64,000 nucleotides of DNA. Source: Convolutriloba macropyga. Its lineage: Eukaryota. The stretch is from the NCBI RefSeq assembly GCF_964194025.1, contig NC_134469.1:9238001-9302000 (forward strand). The letters are read 5' to 3'. Position numbers and translations under genes: made by a program. Below the pieces are notes generated by a model, which saw nothing but the letters and a program-made list of their open reading frames with translations, searched no databases and had not been told where the DNA came from. This document shows, piece after piece, positions 29,068 to 41,524 of this stretch; within the stretch, counting starts at the first letter, position 1, and the number at the start of each line of letters is the position of its first letter.

Positions 29068-31643
29068 TCATTTGTCCGCGGAGTAACTCGAACCAACGCT
29101 GCCGACAAGTTGGTCCGCAACATCAGCCGCCGCTTTCAACCCACTCAAATAAGCACCGTGTGCCGATGCAGGATAGTTCCTCATAGTATGCTCTCCGGCG
29201 AAGAACAGGTTGTTCTTTCCAGACCTCAGTCCAGACACTGGTTTGGCTAGCAGATCATAATCATCACCAGTAGCTCCAATTGCAACGTATGAGTAGGCTC
29301 CGCAGCAATACGAGTCATCTTTCCATCTTGTAACGATCTTGTTTTTGGGTTCAGATACGTCTGGATAGAGAATCCGAAGTCGGTCCATACATCTGTCCAC
29401 AATTGCCTTGTCATCAAGCTCGTCCATGACAGCGTTCGATTCGCCTTAAACAAAATAAACCATTTCATGAATTTTCAGAGCAGTACAAAAATTATAATTA
29501 GGACATAATCGAACAGCAAATTGCACAAAATTTAAGCATTACAACTAGGGGAATGAACTTTTGGCCACAGTGCAAACATACGAGCATTTAGCTGCTGGTC
29601 TAAGAAAAATTATGAAGTTTTTTTTGCAATAAAAGATAAACTTTAAAATTGTGAGGCCACCTTGAGCCAACCTTTAAAAAGTTATAATGTCAGATTGAGC
29701 TACTATGAATTAAAAGGGCATTAAAAGTTTCATTCATTATTCTTCTTTAGAAAAAGCATTCGAACACATCAATTGCCTTGAATTAAGAGAATCAACTGAA
29801 TCTCACCTGCAATCAATGCAACCAGCACAGGTGCGTTCCATAGACTGTTGAACAAATAACACTCTCCTCTTGACGAATAGTTCGTATTCACAAATCCAAA
29901 CATATTTGTCGCTGTATCCCAAAATCTGCGGTCAAAACAAAGCACTACTTTCATCAAGTTCCCAAACCCAAGCCGATCAATAGCCGCCACTTTCCACTCG
30001 GGTAACTCGGGTTTGAAAACCAGAACCTGTGGTTCCTCTTTAAGAACTCCTAAGGGTACCGAAACTACGACTGCGTCAGCATTGTAGATCTCAGTACCAG
30101 AACCATCAACAGACGAACTTCCACTGGAACCAATGTCAACAACTTGCGCCGCTCGCTTCGAAATAGGAATCCCTTTCACGTTTTTGGTGTTGATAACTAC
30201 GTTAGAGGTACCGTAGTCTACGCAGGTAACTGCGGTGTTAAATCTTATGTCCAGACCTTCAGATAGGGTTTCAGGGATGAGCCCGAGACCGGATTCCACT
30301 GAATAATGCTCACCCGGGAATTCATTAACATCGTCCTGATCCCAGCTGCTCAACGATAGGGTATTTAAAGGAGTGTTGTTTGCAAACTCCAAATTAGCGG
30401 CGTGCCAATCCAATACTTGTCTATCTTCTGTTGTGAGATACGTATCAACAGGTACGTCATTTTTAAGGTTTTCGAATTTTTCCTGAAGAATCGTAATTTC
30501 CTGCATCGTCGAATGATATTGTTTAGTCAGGTCATCAACATTGTAAACTGCAGATCGGAACTGGAATTCTTCTTGTACACTTCGACCTTCTTTTGGTTCA
30601 AATTGACGAACAATTGACTTTTCGTATTCAATGTTTTGGTAAAGCGTGCTCGCTTCATCGGCACGTTCTTTAATTTCACGTTGCAAGTTCACTAATGTTT
30701 GGCAGAATTTTTCTGATTTTTTCAATAATGTTTCTTCTTGGTGCATGATTATAAGCTCAATAGTTTGACCTAAGGACACTGGTCGACCAGGAACTGTTTC
30801 GCTAAAACCAAGTTGCGATGACGCATACTTCGCTGCTTCCAACAATCTATTGAACTCCTGTTCCAACGCTAAATCCTTCTCCGAATCAATTTCTTCCCCT
30901 AAACTATTATAAAGTTTACAAACATTGTTTATCCGTCTGTAGGGAATGTTGAACTGTCGGGCTAGAATTGAAAAAGGGTTCCCACCCAGACCTGTGATAA
31001 TCATCGCACCCAAATCGGCGACGTAGCTGCCTTTTCTGTACGTTTCGATTCTACCTCCAACCCTATCACGCGCTTCCAACACTGTGACGTCAAAGCCGAG
31101 GTATGACAGTTGCCTGGCACATGAAATCCCCGATAGTCCAGCTCCAATAACTATTACATTCTTGTTCACCTTCGCGTTCGGGCTGACGACTTCAAATTTA
31201 CCCGAATTGATGTAACCGTACCGTTCAAGGAACCCAAAAGCTTTAATGTTAACAGTATTCTGTTCTTTAGTGTAAGCTAGTCCTTTATTAAACAAGGCAG
31301 CCTGTGCGTCTTTGTAAGTCATCTGTATCTTACAACCTTTCACCCATTCTGACAAAATGAAGTTCCGGGCGCTGAAATACATCCTACGTTGCGGTCCTTC
31401 GGGGGCTTTGCGCAGGAACGAGAACTCCTTTTCCTCATCTGGTGAGGGGTTCTCGGGGTCCAATCGATGTCTGAAAGCCCCCTCCTCCATCGGGGTTTTC
31501 AACTCCTCGATGCGTGACAAAAACAGACTATCCTGTTGTTCGATTTCTTCGTGGGAAACATTGCCTTTAGTCATTGACTTTGGCTTCTGGGAATTTGCAC
31601 CGCTTTCGTCGCTTTTCTGCTTATTGCGTCTTCGGCCTGACAT
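29068..31643 (-). CDS. KDM1A: Lysine-specific histone demethylase 1 (LSD1/KDM1A), 2 exons: 31643-29807 and 29444-29068, 737 aa
   Basis: SWIRM region (RNFILSEW...FGFLERYGYINSG), FAD-binding VIVIGAGLSG and LEARDRVGGRI, Tower coiled coil, LDWHAANLEFAN...WDQDD, GFGNLMKVVL with the catalytic Lys retained, and FFAGEHT. Phase-1 intron GCAG|GTGAGA...tttaAG|GC joins ALIAG-ESNAVM in frame. Confidence 0.96.
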
Positions 31644-31931
31644 TGCGAAATCTGAAATTAGTTTATTCTCTTTTTGTCAATATCAGTAAACAGACAATAC
31701 GAAATGAAACATTGCACACGAGTGGGCGCTGCTATTGACAAGCTCAGTTGATTACAATACACCAAACGCACTTTGACATTATCTTGGACAATTGATCAGA
31801 GCGATTAATCAAACATCGAATAACTAACTAATATCACACTTGGTTATTTTCATTCATTCTCCACAACAGATCTTTGAAATTTAGACTAGATCTATTCAGA
31901 AATTTAAACTCTTGTAGTTTACAGATCAACG
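31644..31931. promoter_or_regulatory. 288-bp divergent intergenic region, probable bidirectional promoter
   Basis: Head-to-head start codons at 31643 (minus) and 31932 (plus). Promoter activity is inferred from geometry only. Confidence 0.5.
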
Positions 31932-34900
31932 ATGTTGAAGCTGAGTCTCCTAGCTGTTCTAGCTGCAGGTACTAATTTATACCAACAGAAAATTCAATCG
32001 TAAAGAAAAACACCGGTGGTCTTTCCCACTAGAGCCCCCCACCATGAAATTACAGCCTCCCATTATGGTATGCTTATCATGATGGTGGTATATGTTTATA
32101 CGTTATATCACCACTAAGATGGAGGGGGCTACAATGGGGGAACTACCCAATACCGGACACCTCAAAAATGACATTTGAGAACCTTAATCTTAAATTTTAT
32201 TTGCTTAAATACAACCGGCTTATCGCACCAAGAAACAATATAAACTCACGCATAATACCCATTCCTAAACATGCAAACCATGTCATTTACATTATAAATT
32301 TTTGAAGTGTACACTTCTACGAGCCAACTTTATACGAGCCAAATGAGCCGGTTTGACCAATTCATGCTGTTAATGACTGAAGTATCAAACAAATATTAAA
32401 TTATATGTACATGGTTTTGGTGCCTGATGATACAGAAGTAAGAGCAAAAAAAGTCAAATAGTAACAGCACTACTAGCCAATGACAAATGTGAAATGTAAT
32501 AGGACACCAATATTTAAAACGGTTGTAAATTATGCACATAAGGCTTACAACTTTTTAAATGATATCACTCTAGCCTCAGCCTTGTTTCAATCAACTTGAA
32601 AAGCAATAGTCGGAACTGCTCGTCGTGTAAATTACAACCCTCCAAATTTTTGATAATTCAACCCCTGCATAATGGTCTATACGAATTATAATGGATAGTG
32701 CCACCCCCAAGAAAACCATATCAGTGCAAAATTACGCATAAAAACGAAAATTTTCTGTGGGGGGTGGGGGGGGGGAAGAATAGTCTAATACACATGCATT
32801 AAATTTGTTCCAGCGGCGTTTGGAGACATATCATCAAATGACCAGCCAAGTTACCCACTATGGCCTAACCAATTTACACAAAACTTCACTGACAAGACTA
32901 TATGGCCAACTGGAAAATACTCTACCAGGTAGCTATTTAGATAGTAATTTCTACCATAATTAGTTTCACGTAATTGAAAAATTAAAATATTAACACATAG
33001 TACTAGTTGAGCCTACTAATGATTCACCGAGAAATTCATCCAGATCTGATTATTCTTTTAATTGAATAACACACTTCTAATCCTACCAGCCAATTAGCGA
33101 AAAAACTTCCCTATATTTGCCATAATTTTTGATTCACACAACCAGGGCCACCTACATCTACGACTGGACTACACAGAGGTACAGAGTTGACAGGGATAAC
33201 GGGAGATACGACAGATACTGTGGCACTAATGGCATCAGCTACCAGTTCGAGAACACCCCATGTTCCCACATTGTGGTCGACGGGAACAGGATAGTACTCT
33301 CCGATTTCCTTTTTCGATTCAATCAGTATTATGCATTCAAAAAATTGAGACATGATATCCAAAATCAAACAGTTCAAAAAAACAGTTCCCGAGTTTTTCT
33401 CAGTCTAAATGTAGATTGCCGAAATTCAAGATTTTACCAGGGTTATTTTTGCCGACCGATATCTTATGAGTCACCAACTCCCATAGCTTAAATTGCACTA
33501 AATGCCATCAATATTGCACATTTACCATCAATCTGTAAGGTTGACTGTTTGAAACCATAACTTTCTATCAATATTTCCAAAATTTCAAATTTGAAAAGTT
33601 TTCCATTTCAAAGTTTGTCGAGTATGATCACCGAATTACTTGTTTGGTCAACAACAGGTACCTCTATTACCCAGAGAAGGAAGACTGCTGTTTCTGTTGC
33701 AATGCGGCTGCTGGCTGTGGTGTTCTGAAGCCAGACTGGCTCGACGGAGCCAAATTCATTGGCAACGTCTCCTTCACTCTTCCGGACGGATCCAGCACTT
33801 ATGTATACAAGTGGGAGCAAGACGGACTACAGGTTGGGTTGGGTCTTAAAACCCAGAGTATTGTCTCTACTCGGAACAAAAAATATCATTAAAATCCAAT
33901 TTGAACTCTTGCAGACCGAAAGGTAAAATGACCGAACAGATCCGGAAAACGTAAAATTCGAATGATTCCAAAGTAAGCCAAAAAAAATATAATTTTTGAC
34001 ACGATTGCTCATAAATGCGCGATCAGAATGATTTTCATTAAAGTTTCTACCGCACTGTACAAATAAGGCTCCATTTAGCCTGGCTAAATTTGGGCTTCCA
34101 AATACATAGGTGACCGAACAAGACCAGAAGAGTAACAAATGATGATTCCATTATGTGGTATACTCCTTAAAAAAGAACGTTCAAATTGCAATGTGAACAG
34201 AGCTATATGCCAGGTTTATCAGTACTCTAGTAAATCAGTTCATAGCACAGATGGATCTTTAATGATTTGACCGTTCTCTTTAATGAACACTCTAAAAAGA
34301 TGAATACTCTTTTTCCCAGAACATTAATTAATGCGTACATGCAAAAGTTGTTCCATATCTATTACTTAGAAGATCAAGTGACTGTTTTGAACTAATATGA
34401 TGAAAATAAATTGAACTATTTGATGAAAATGATTCTCATTTGTTTTAAGATGACTTTTATAATCAAAGTATGATTTGCTCTACCTATAATCAAGAGAACT
34501 TTACTTCCAGAGCAATATACAATTCCCAGAGAAGTTGTTGACTTTTTCACAAGCAGAACTAAATTACCTATTATGTAAAAAAACCCTGTCCAATTTAAAT
34601 TGATTACAATTGATTACAACGAAAATTGTAGCAAATTGAAAAGATAAAGTTGAGATTTTAGATGCCATGTATTTTTTTTTATAACTGTGCAACTCTTAGA
34701 AATAATAGAGTTGTGTAACAAACTGGCGGAGTTCTAAATAATTTTTCTCAGTTCAAATGCTTCACAGCACTCTCGTCTGACACCCAATATCTAAACTTCG
34801 ATTATTCCAGCGATTACCAATTTTTTTTCAGTCGAACTACTACTTTGAGACAACCGAGTCGAACCCAGTGGACAGAGTTATGTTGGAAATCGAACAAGAC

Positions 34901-35098
34901 CCTAATGAGTTCATGTACTACGACACCGATCGAGCCCTCAGCGTTGACTCGTCAAAACTAGAGTTGCCTTCAATCTGCTCCGTGAAAAAGAGTTGCAGCA
35001 CCCTGAGTGTGTGCACTGCCCTTTCACAGGCAGCCGAGCATAAGAGCCATAAGAGTTCACACCGGGCCAACAGAAATGGCAAAAAGGTTCACTTCTAA
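31932..35098 (+). CDS. Secreted cysteine-rich protein, probable ependymin-related/LolA-fold; 5 exons: 31932-31968, 32814-32928, 33146-33289, 33658-33832, 34832-35098; 245 aa
   Basis: Signal peptide MLKLSLLAVLAAAAFG, then PLWPNQFTQNF, YIYDWTTQRYRVDRDNGRYDRYC, PCSHIVVDGNRYLYYPEKEDCCFCC, GCGVLKPDWLDGAKFIG, YKWEQDG and LPSIC. Exon phases (1,2,2,0) close exactly. Three introns are GT-AG; intron 3 is GA-AG. Fold assignment is from motif recall. Confidence 0.8.
32013..32150. mobile_element. ~135-bp MITE in intron 1; related inverted copies at ~17975-18100 and ~25593-25718
   Basis: Imperfect TIR GGTCTTTCCCACTAGAGCCCCC / GGGGGCTACAATGGGGGAACTACC. Its reverse complement aligns by eye to 17975-18100. 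Confidence 0.55.
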
Positions 35099-35201
35099 AG
35101 AAAAAAACTCACAATTCGATTCTCTAACTACTCAAGAATGGATACATAGCAACCCAAAAAAATTTAACAACAGACGATATTTCGACACTAATTTTCTTTT
35201 C

Positions 35202-37237
35202 AATTATTCAGGTGCTATTTAAAGCAATGTATAGCTTCACAAAATTATGTAATCGAGTATACGTCCAAAATATTATTGAGCATATCTCCACATTGTAACT
35301 TACGTAACATACACCCACGTAAATGAGCCGATTTGCATGCCGATGGAGCGAAAGGGAATAGGAAGCCATAGATACGTTAGAAGACAAAAATTTGAAAAAC
35401 ATAGCCAGCAGAATACAGGAAACGACTCGAAGAGTCGTGCAATATAATCTGTAAGTCGGAAAAATTAAAAGTAAAGAGCCGGTGTTCTACCTATACCGAA
35501 AACATGAAAGAGAAAAATTAAATGCTTAATAGAACTATAGTGCTTTGAAAAAAGCAGACGAACTTTTCAATTTGAGGGTGTGGGTTGGCGGTGGTGCGAG
35601 ATGGTGGGGGGGGGGGTAGCTTAGTGAAGAGGGGGTAGGTATGCAGGTGGAGGGTAGATAGATGGGGGGTAGGTAGGTAGGGGGTGGTAAATAAGTGGGG
35701 TTGTAGGTGGGTGGCGGGTTCTGTAATTGGGATGGGAGGAGGGACTATTATGGGAAGAAAACGTCTCAAAATGACCTTTTGACATTGAACCCTACGAGCA
35801 GTACCTAATCACTATGTATTATTAACTATTATTATTAGTACAAGCCATAAAACAAAGTTGCTTTCGCTAAACAAAAAGCTGCAGAATCCCAATACTCCTC
35901 TTCGGGTCGTAAAACAGTAATCAAATCAAGACACTTAAACGATAGGAAGAACAAGAACAATTCAACCTGCAATTATATTTGCTCGTACCCCGCATAGTAG
36001 ATCTACCGGGGTTGGGTTTTGTACTCGTTGGGCTTTTTTTTTACTTCGTCAATTTTGACCGATACGTAAAGGATAAAAACCATTATTTTTATAAATGCAT
36101 TATGAATAAAAATTATCATACCGAACTGTTTCGGCGGACTTCTACAAGTTGAATTGATGTGGTGATATAATTCCACCTATTGCTTTGAGTGTATTGGCAG
36201 ATGGTAGTTTTCTTTCGAAATTATTCAGGTGCTATTTAAAGCAATGTATAGCTTCACAAAATTATGTAATCGAGTATACGTCCAAAATATTATTGAGCAT
36301 ATCTCCACATTGTAACTTACGTAACATACACCCACGTAAATGAGCTGATTTGCATGCCGATGGAGCGAAAAGGAATAGGAAGCCATAGATACGTTAGGAA
36401 GTCAAAAATTTGAAAAACATAGCCAGCAGAATACCGGAAACAACTCGAAGAGTCGTGCAATATAATCTGTAAGTCGGAAAAATTAAAAGTAAAGAGCCGG
36501 TGTTCTACCTATACCGAAAACATGAAAGAGAAAAATTAAATGCTTAATAGAACTATAGTGCTTTGAAAAAAGCAGACGAACTTTTCAATTTGAGGGTGTG
36601 GGTTGGCGGTGGTGCGAGAGGGTGGGGGGGGGGGGGTAGCTTAGTGAAGAGGGGGTAGGTATGCAGGTGGAGGGTAGATAGATGGGGGGTAGGTAGGTAG
36701 GGGGTGGTAAATAAGTGGGGTTGTAGGTGGGTGGCGGGTTCTGTAATTGGGATGGGAGGAGGGACTATTATGGGAAGAAAACGTCTCAAAATGACCTTTT
36801 GACATTGAACCCTACGAGCAGTACCTAATCACTATGTATTATTAACTATTATTATTAGTACAAGCCATAAAACAAAGTTGCTTTCGCTAAACAAAAAGCT
36901 GCAGAATCTCAATACTCCTCTTCGGGTCGTAAAACAGTAATCAAATCAAGACACTTAAACGATAGGAAGAACAAGAACAATTCAACCTGCAATTATGTTT
37001 GCTCGTACCCCGCATAGTAGATCTACCGGGGTTGGGTTTTGTACTCGTTGGGTTTTTTTACTTCGTCAATTTTGACCGATACGTAAAGGATAAAAACCAT
37101 TATTTTTATAAATGCATTATGAATAAAAATTATCATACCGAACTGTTTCGGCGGACTTCTACAAAATGAATTGATGTGGTGATATAATTCCACCTATTGC
37201 TTTGAGTGTATTGGCAGATGGTAGTTTTCTTTCGAAA
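35202..37237. repeat. Tandem duplication of a ~1.02-kb unit (35202-36218, 36219-37237) containing a G-rich tract
   Basis: Near-identical copies starting AATTATTCAGGTGCTATTT; duplicated spurious Pro-rich antisense ORFs. Confidence 0.95.
35396..35912 (-). mobile_element. HINE-like element, subTIR family C (second copy 36416-36932)
   Basis: AAACATAG, degenerate hairpin, ACGACTCGAAGAG (35422-35434) ... CTCTTCGGGTCGT (35898-35910, one mismatch), then AAAA. G-rich interior. Confidence 0.65.
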
Positions 37238-38770
37238 ACATATCTGGATTGATGTGGAGACTGGATTTAAATCAGGCAATTCAAGTTCTCATTCGAGTAA
37301 GATAAGATATGCCTGATGAAAAAATTCAAAAAGATATGCCCAAAAAAATCAAACAATGGTAGTAGCCAAAATCAGGGGAGACATTGAAATAATGACCAGC
37401 AGTTTAAATGACCATTACGAGCCAAACAGGCAAAAAATGCATTCACAAAATTTGAGAAAAGAAAGAACAATAACATTTAAATTGCATCTAATTTTGGAGT
37501 TAAATTATTGAAAACACCAATGCTTTCTATCGGGAACGCGGGGACGCTAAAACTGTCAAAACTAAAAGTAACAAAAAAAATTAAAAGCAATATAGTGCTA
37601 CTACTAAAATCTACATAAACAAACTAGCTTCCAGCTCATAGGGAGAGATATTGGCGAGTTAAAATCAAAACCACGGAAATACAAAAAACTAGAATCATAC
37701 CCAGAACATTACCGGAATAGCTGCAAACAACCCGCTGGCCAAGAATACAGATAGAAGCAGGTAAAGAAATGAGATGAAAGTTTCTGATGCCGCTTAAAAA
37801 AGTTTATTTTCAGCGATAAAATAAAATGAATAAAATTCAGCTTTTAAAGTACAAAAATCATTTTGAGCGAGGTAAGTCACGTACGATCAAAAGCTATTCA
37901 GGCAATTGATCTTAAACTTTTGTTCACAGAGTGATAAATGACGTTACGTGCGCAAACGCCGTTAGTGAGAAGTCTTTCGGAAACTTTCGCTTTTTCAGCT
38001 TTACTGTGTTAGTAGAAGTAGATCCAAAAAAAAGAGCGTCAATTGACGAAACGAAAAACCCCAGGACAACGGCAACACATCTACGCTCAGTTTACAGTAA
38101 TAAGAAGGCAGACCGTTAATCGCTTTTTCTAGGTTTTATTACATGTTTGTACATTGCCTTTTTAATCCAACCAAGTAATAAAATCTTTTAGAAAATTAGT
38201 GGCTCATATAAACGAGAAAAAGAGGCAGAAAGAACGCTAAAAAAGGCAGAAAAACTCATCCGATACTGTCCCAAAAATTCTTAAAAAACAACCAAAAAAC
38301 TCTATAATGTAAAATTCAACCATTAATCCAGCTGCAAGTTTTCCAGAACTTTTTATCGATCCTTGAAGTTAAAATCTCAAATAAAAACAAAATTTAAATT
38401 AACACTCAATAAAGCAAATACAAAATTCTGATATAATTAAAACTGCAAAACTCACAAAAAAAATGTCAATACAAATAAATAGCGAAAAACGTCAATTGAA
38501 AACATCTGTCAAAAACTCAAGAAATTACGAAAAACTGGACAAATTCGGGCTCTAAAAACATCAAAGTAAAAATTTCAACAGAATTAGGTAATCTCTAGCA
38601 CTAAAATACTACTATTTCCAGCTTAGGAACTCTAATACCCGAGGCCTATGCCTTCACTTGCTAATATCGTTTCAAACGCTCAACATGATCTAACAAGTTG
38701 TGATTACATCTCACAAAAACCGACCAAAAACAATCCTGTGGATCAACGCAATCACGCCAATAACTACCAC

Positions 38771-41477
38771 GTCGTTTAACTCAGAAAAGGACAAAAAATA
38801 TTGACAAATTTTGGAAAATTTCAAATTTTAACAAAATCTTGATAAAATACAAGATATTAATATCTTAAGAACCATTTCATTGTCTCAAGAGACTATCCAA
38901 AATCCCTGTTTCAAGCCTAAAATAGTTTCACAGGCTCATAAAGATCCATACAATTGGAACATGAAAATTATCCAAAAATTTTATTCAAAAAATTACTAAA
39001 ACTGGAGTCATAAAAAATGTTGATCGCAATCCCATTAAGTCTAGAAACTATACATTAGCTTATCATCAAAAATTGGAGGAAGTCCTAGGGACTCTGCTGC
39101 CGGAAGAAATTCAAAAACATCAAAAAAATTGCAAATATTTAAAATTGCTTAAAATCGTAATATTAAAATCTTGAATTACATTCCATTACATCTATAAACT
39201 ATGCAGTAATATATTATCAAACCCTAGAGGAAGTTCCGTGGCTCTTGAAGCTAGAGAAACCAGAAATTGACAAGAAACTTCATAAAAACTAAAAAATAAT
39301 TGCAAGTTTTATAAAAAAAAAAATTGCTAAAACTTGTGATATTAAAAAGTTGAAAAATAATCCATGACCAACAAAAATTTTCCAGTAACTTATTATCAAA
39401 CCTTAACGGAGGTTTTCTGACCCTTGAGACTCAAAAAACCTGAATAATGACTGTCAAAAAATTGAAAAAAAAATTGGCAAAATTTGTTAAAATTCGTGAT
39501 GTTTAAATCTGGCAGGACATTCCAATTAATCTAGAAATCATACAGTAACCTTTTTTCAAACCTAGAGCAGGTTCCTTGGCTCGTGAGGCTAAAAAAAATA
39601 TAATAAACGACAAAAATTTTCAAAAAAACATGAAAGCAGGTTTTATCAAAAAACTGCAGTCAGCAGTTAGCCACGGTTTAGTGACCTCTGGGCTCTACAT
39701 CTATCCCATTTCTGAAGACGAAATTCAAATGGGTCAGACGAAAAATCGGCCAAGCGAAAAATTGCATAAAATACAAACAGGATTAATAAAGTTGCCACAG
39801 ATTACTTTTGAGAGCAATTAACAATGATTTCATAAAAAGTGCATGTTAAGTCATTAATGATTTAAAAAAAACAATTCTACTAAAACTCATTGTTAATGAG
39901 GATTATAATTGACATTACGCCACATAACAGCAGCTGAAGAGCTGCATCAACAAAAAGAGAGAGAGAGAAAGAGAGAGAGAGAGAGTGAGAGAGAAAGAGA
40001 TAAAAAGTGAACGAGAAAGAGGAGGAAAGGAACCCTAACCGACACAGAGAGAGAAGGAGAGAGGAATATTTCCCGTGATGGGATTCGACTCTGCAACTTC
40101 TAGTTTTCTAGCCTTGTTAATAAATAAATCATATAGAAAAAATGAAAGGCAAAATTTAAAAAAATTCAACTTCGCAGTAAAAAAGTTCAAAACCATGTTT
40201 TGGCTCGAAAGTTCGGAAAAGTAACCCATCTCCGAGACTTGAAAAGTTTCGTTGGCCGTTTGGTCGTTTAAGTAATGGTCGTTTCAGTAATGGTCGTTTA
40301 ACTCAGAAAAGGACAAAAAATATTGACAAATTTTGGAAAAAAATTTCAAATTTTAACAAAATCTTGATAAAATACAAGATATTAATATCTTAAGATCCAT
40401 TTCATTGTCTCAAGAGACTATCCAAAATCCCTGTTTCAAGCCTAAAATAGTTTCACAGGCTCATAAAGATCCATACAATTGGAACATGAAAATTTTCCAA
40501 AAAATTTATTCAAAAAATTACTAAAACTGGAGTCATAAAAAATGTTGATCGCCATCCCATTAAGTCTAGAAACTATACATTAGCTTATCATCAAAACTTG
40601 GAGGAAGTCCTAGGGACTCTGCTGCCGGAAGAAATTCAAAAACATCAAAAAAATTGCAAATATTTAAAATTGCTTAAAGTCGTAATATTAAAATCTTGAA
40701 TTACATTCCATTACATCTATAAACTATGCAGTAATATATTATCAAACCCTAGAGGAAGTTCCGTGGCTCTTGAAGCTAGAGAAACCTAACAATTGACAAG
40801 AAACTTCATAAAAACTAAAAAATAATTGCAAGTTTTATAAAAAAAATTGCTAAAACTTGTGATATTAAAAAGTTGAAAAATAATCCATGACCAACAAAAA
40901 TTTTCCAGTAACTTATTATCAAACCTTAACGGAGGTTTTCTGACCCTTGAGACTCAAAAAACCTGAATAATGACTGTCAAAAAATTGAAAAAAAAGTTGG
41001 CAAAATTTGTTAAAATTCGTGATGTTTAAATCTGGCAGGACATTCCAATTAATCTAGAAATCATACAGTAACCTTTTTTCAAACCTAGAGCAGGTTCCTT
41101 GGCTCGTGAGGCTAAAAAAATATAATAAACGACAAAAATTTTCAAAAAAACATGAAAGCAGGTTTTATAAAAAAACTGCAGTCAGCAGTTAGCCACGGTT
41201 TAGTGACCTCTGGGCTCTACATCTATCCCATTTCTGAAGACGAAATTCAAATGGGTCAGACGAAAAATCGGCCAAGCGAAAAATTGCATAAAATACAAAC
41301 AGGATTAATAAAGTTGCCACAGATTACTTTTGAGAGCAATTAACAATGATTTCATAAAAAGTGCATGTTAAGTCATTAATGATTTAAAAAAAACAATTCT
41401 ACTAAAACTCATTGTTAATGAGGATTATAATTGACATTACGCCACATAACAGCAGCTGAAGAGCTGCATCAACAAAA

Positions 41478-41524
<47 letters not shown>

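Noticed and set aside
29769-29806. C-terminus EIQLILLIQGN of the 624-aa ORF
   Set aside because: Intron read-through beyond the GTGAG donor; the real protein continues in exon 2.
35518-36789. Proline-rich ORFs
   Set aside because: Antisense translation of G-rich tracts; homopolymer length changes the frame between the two copies.
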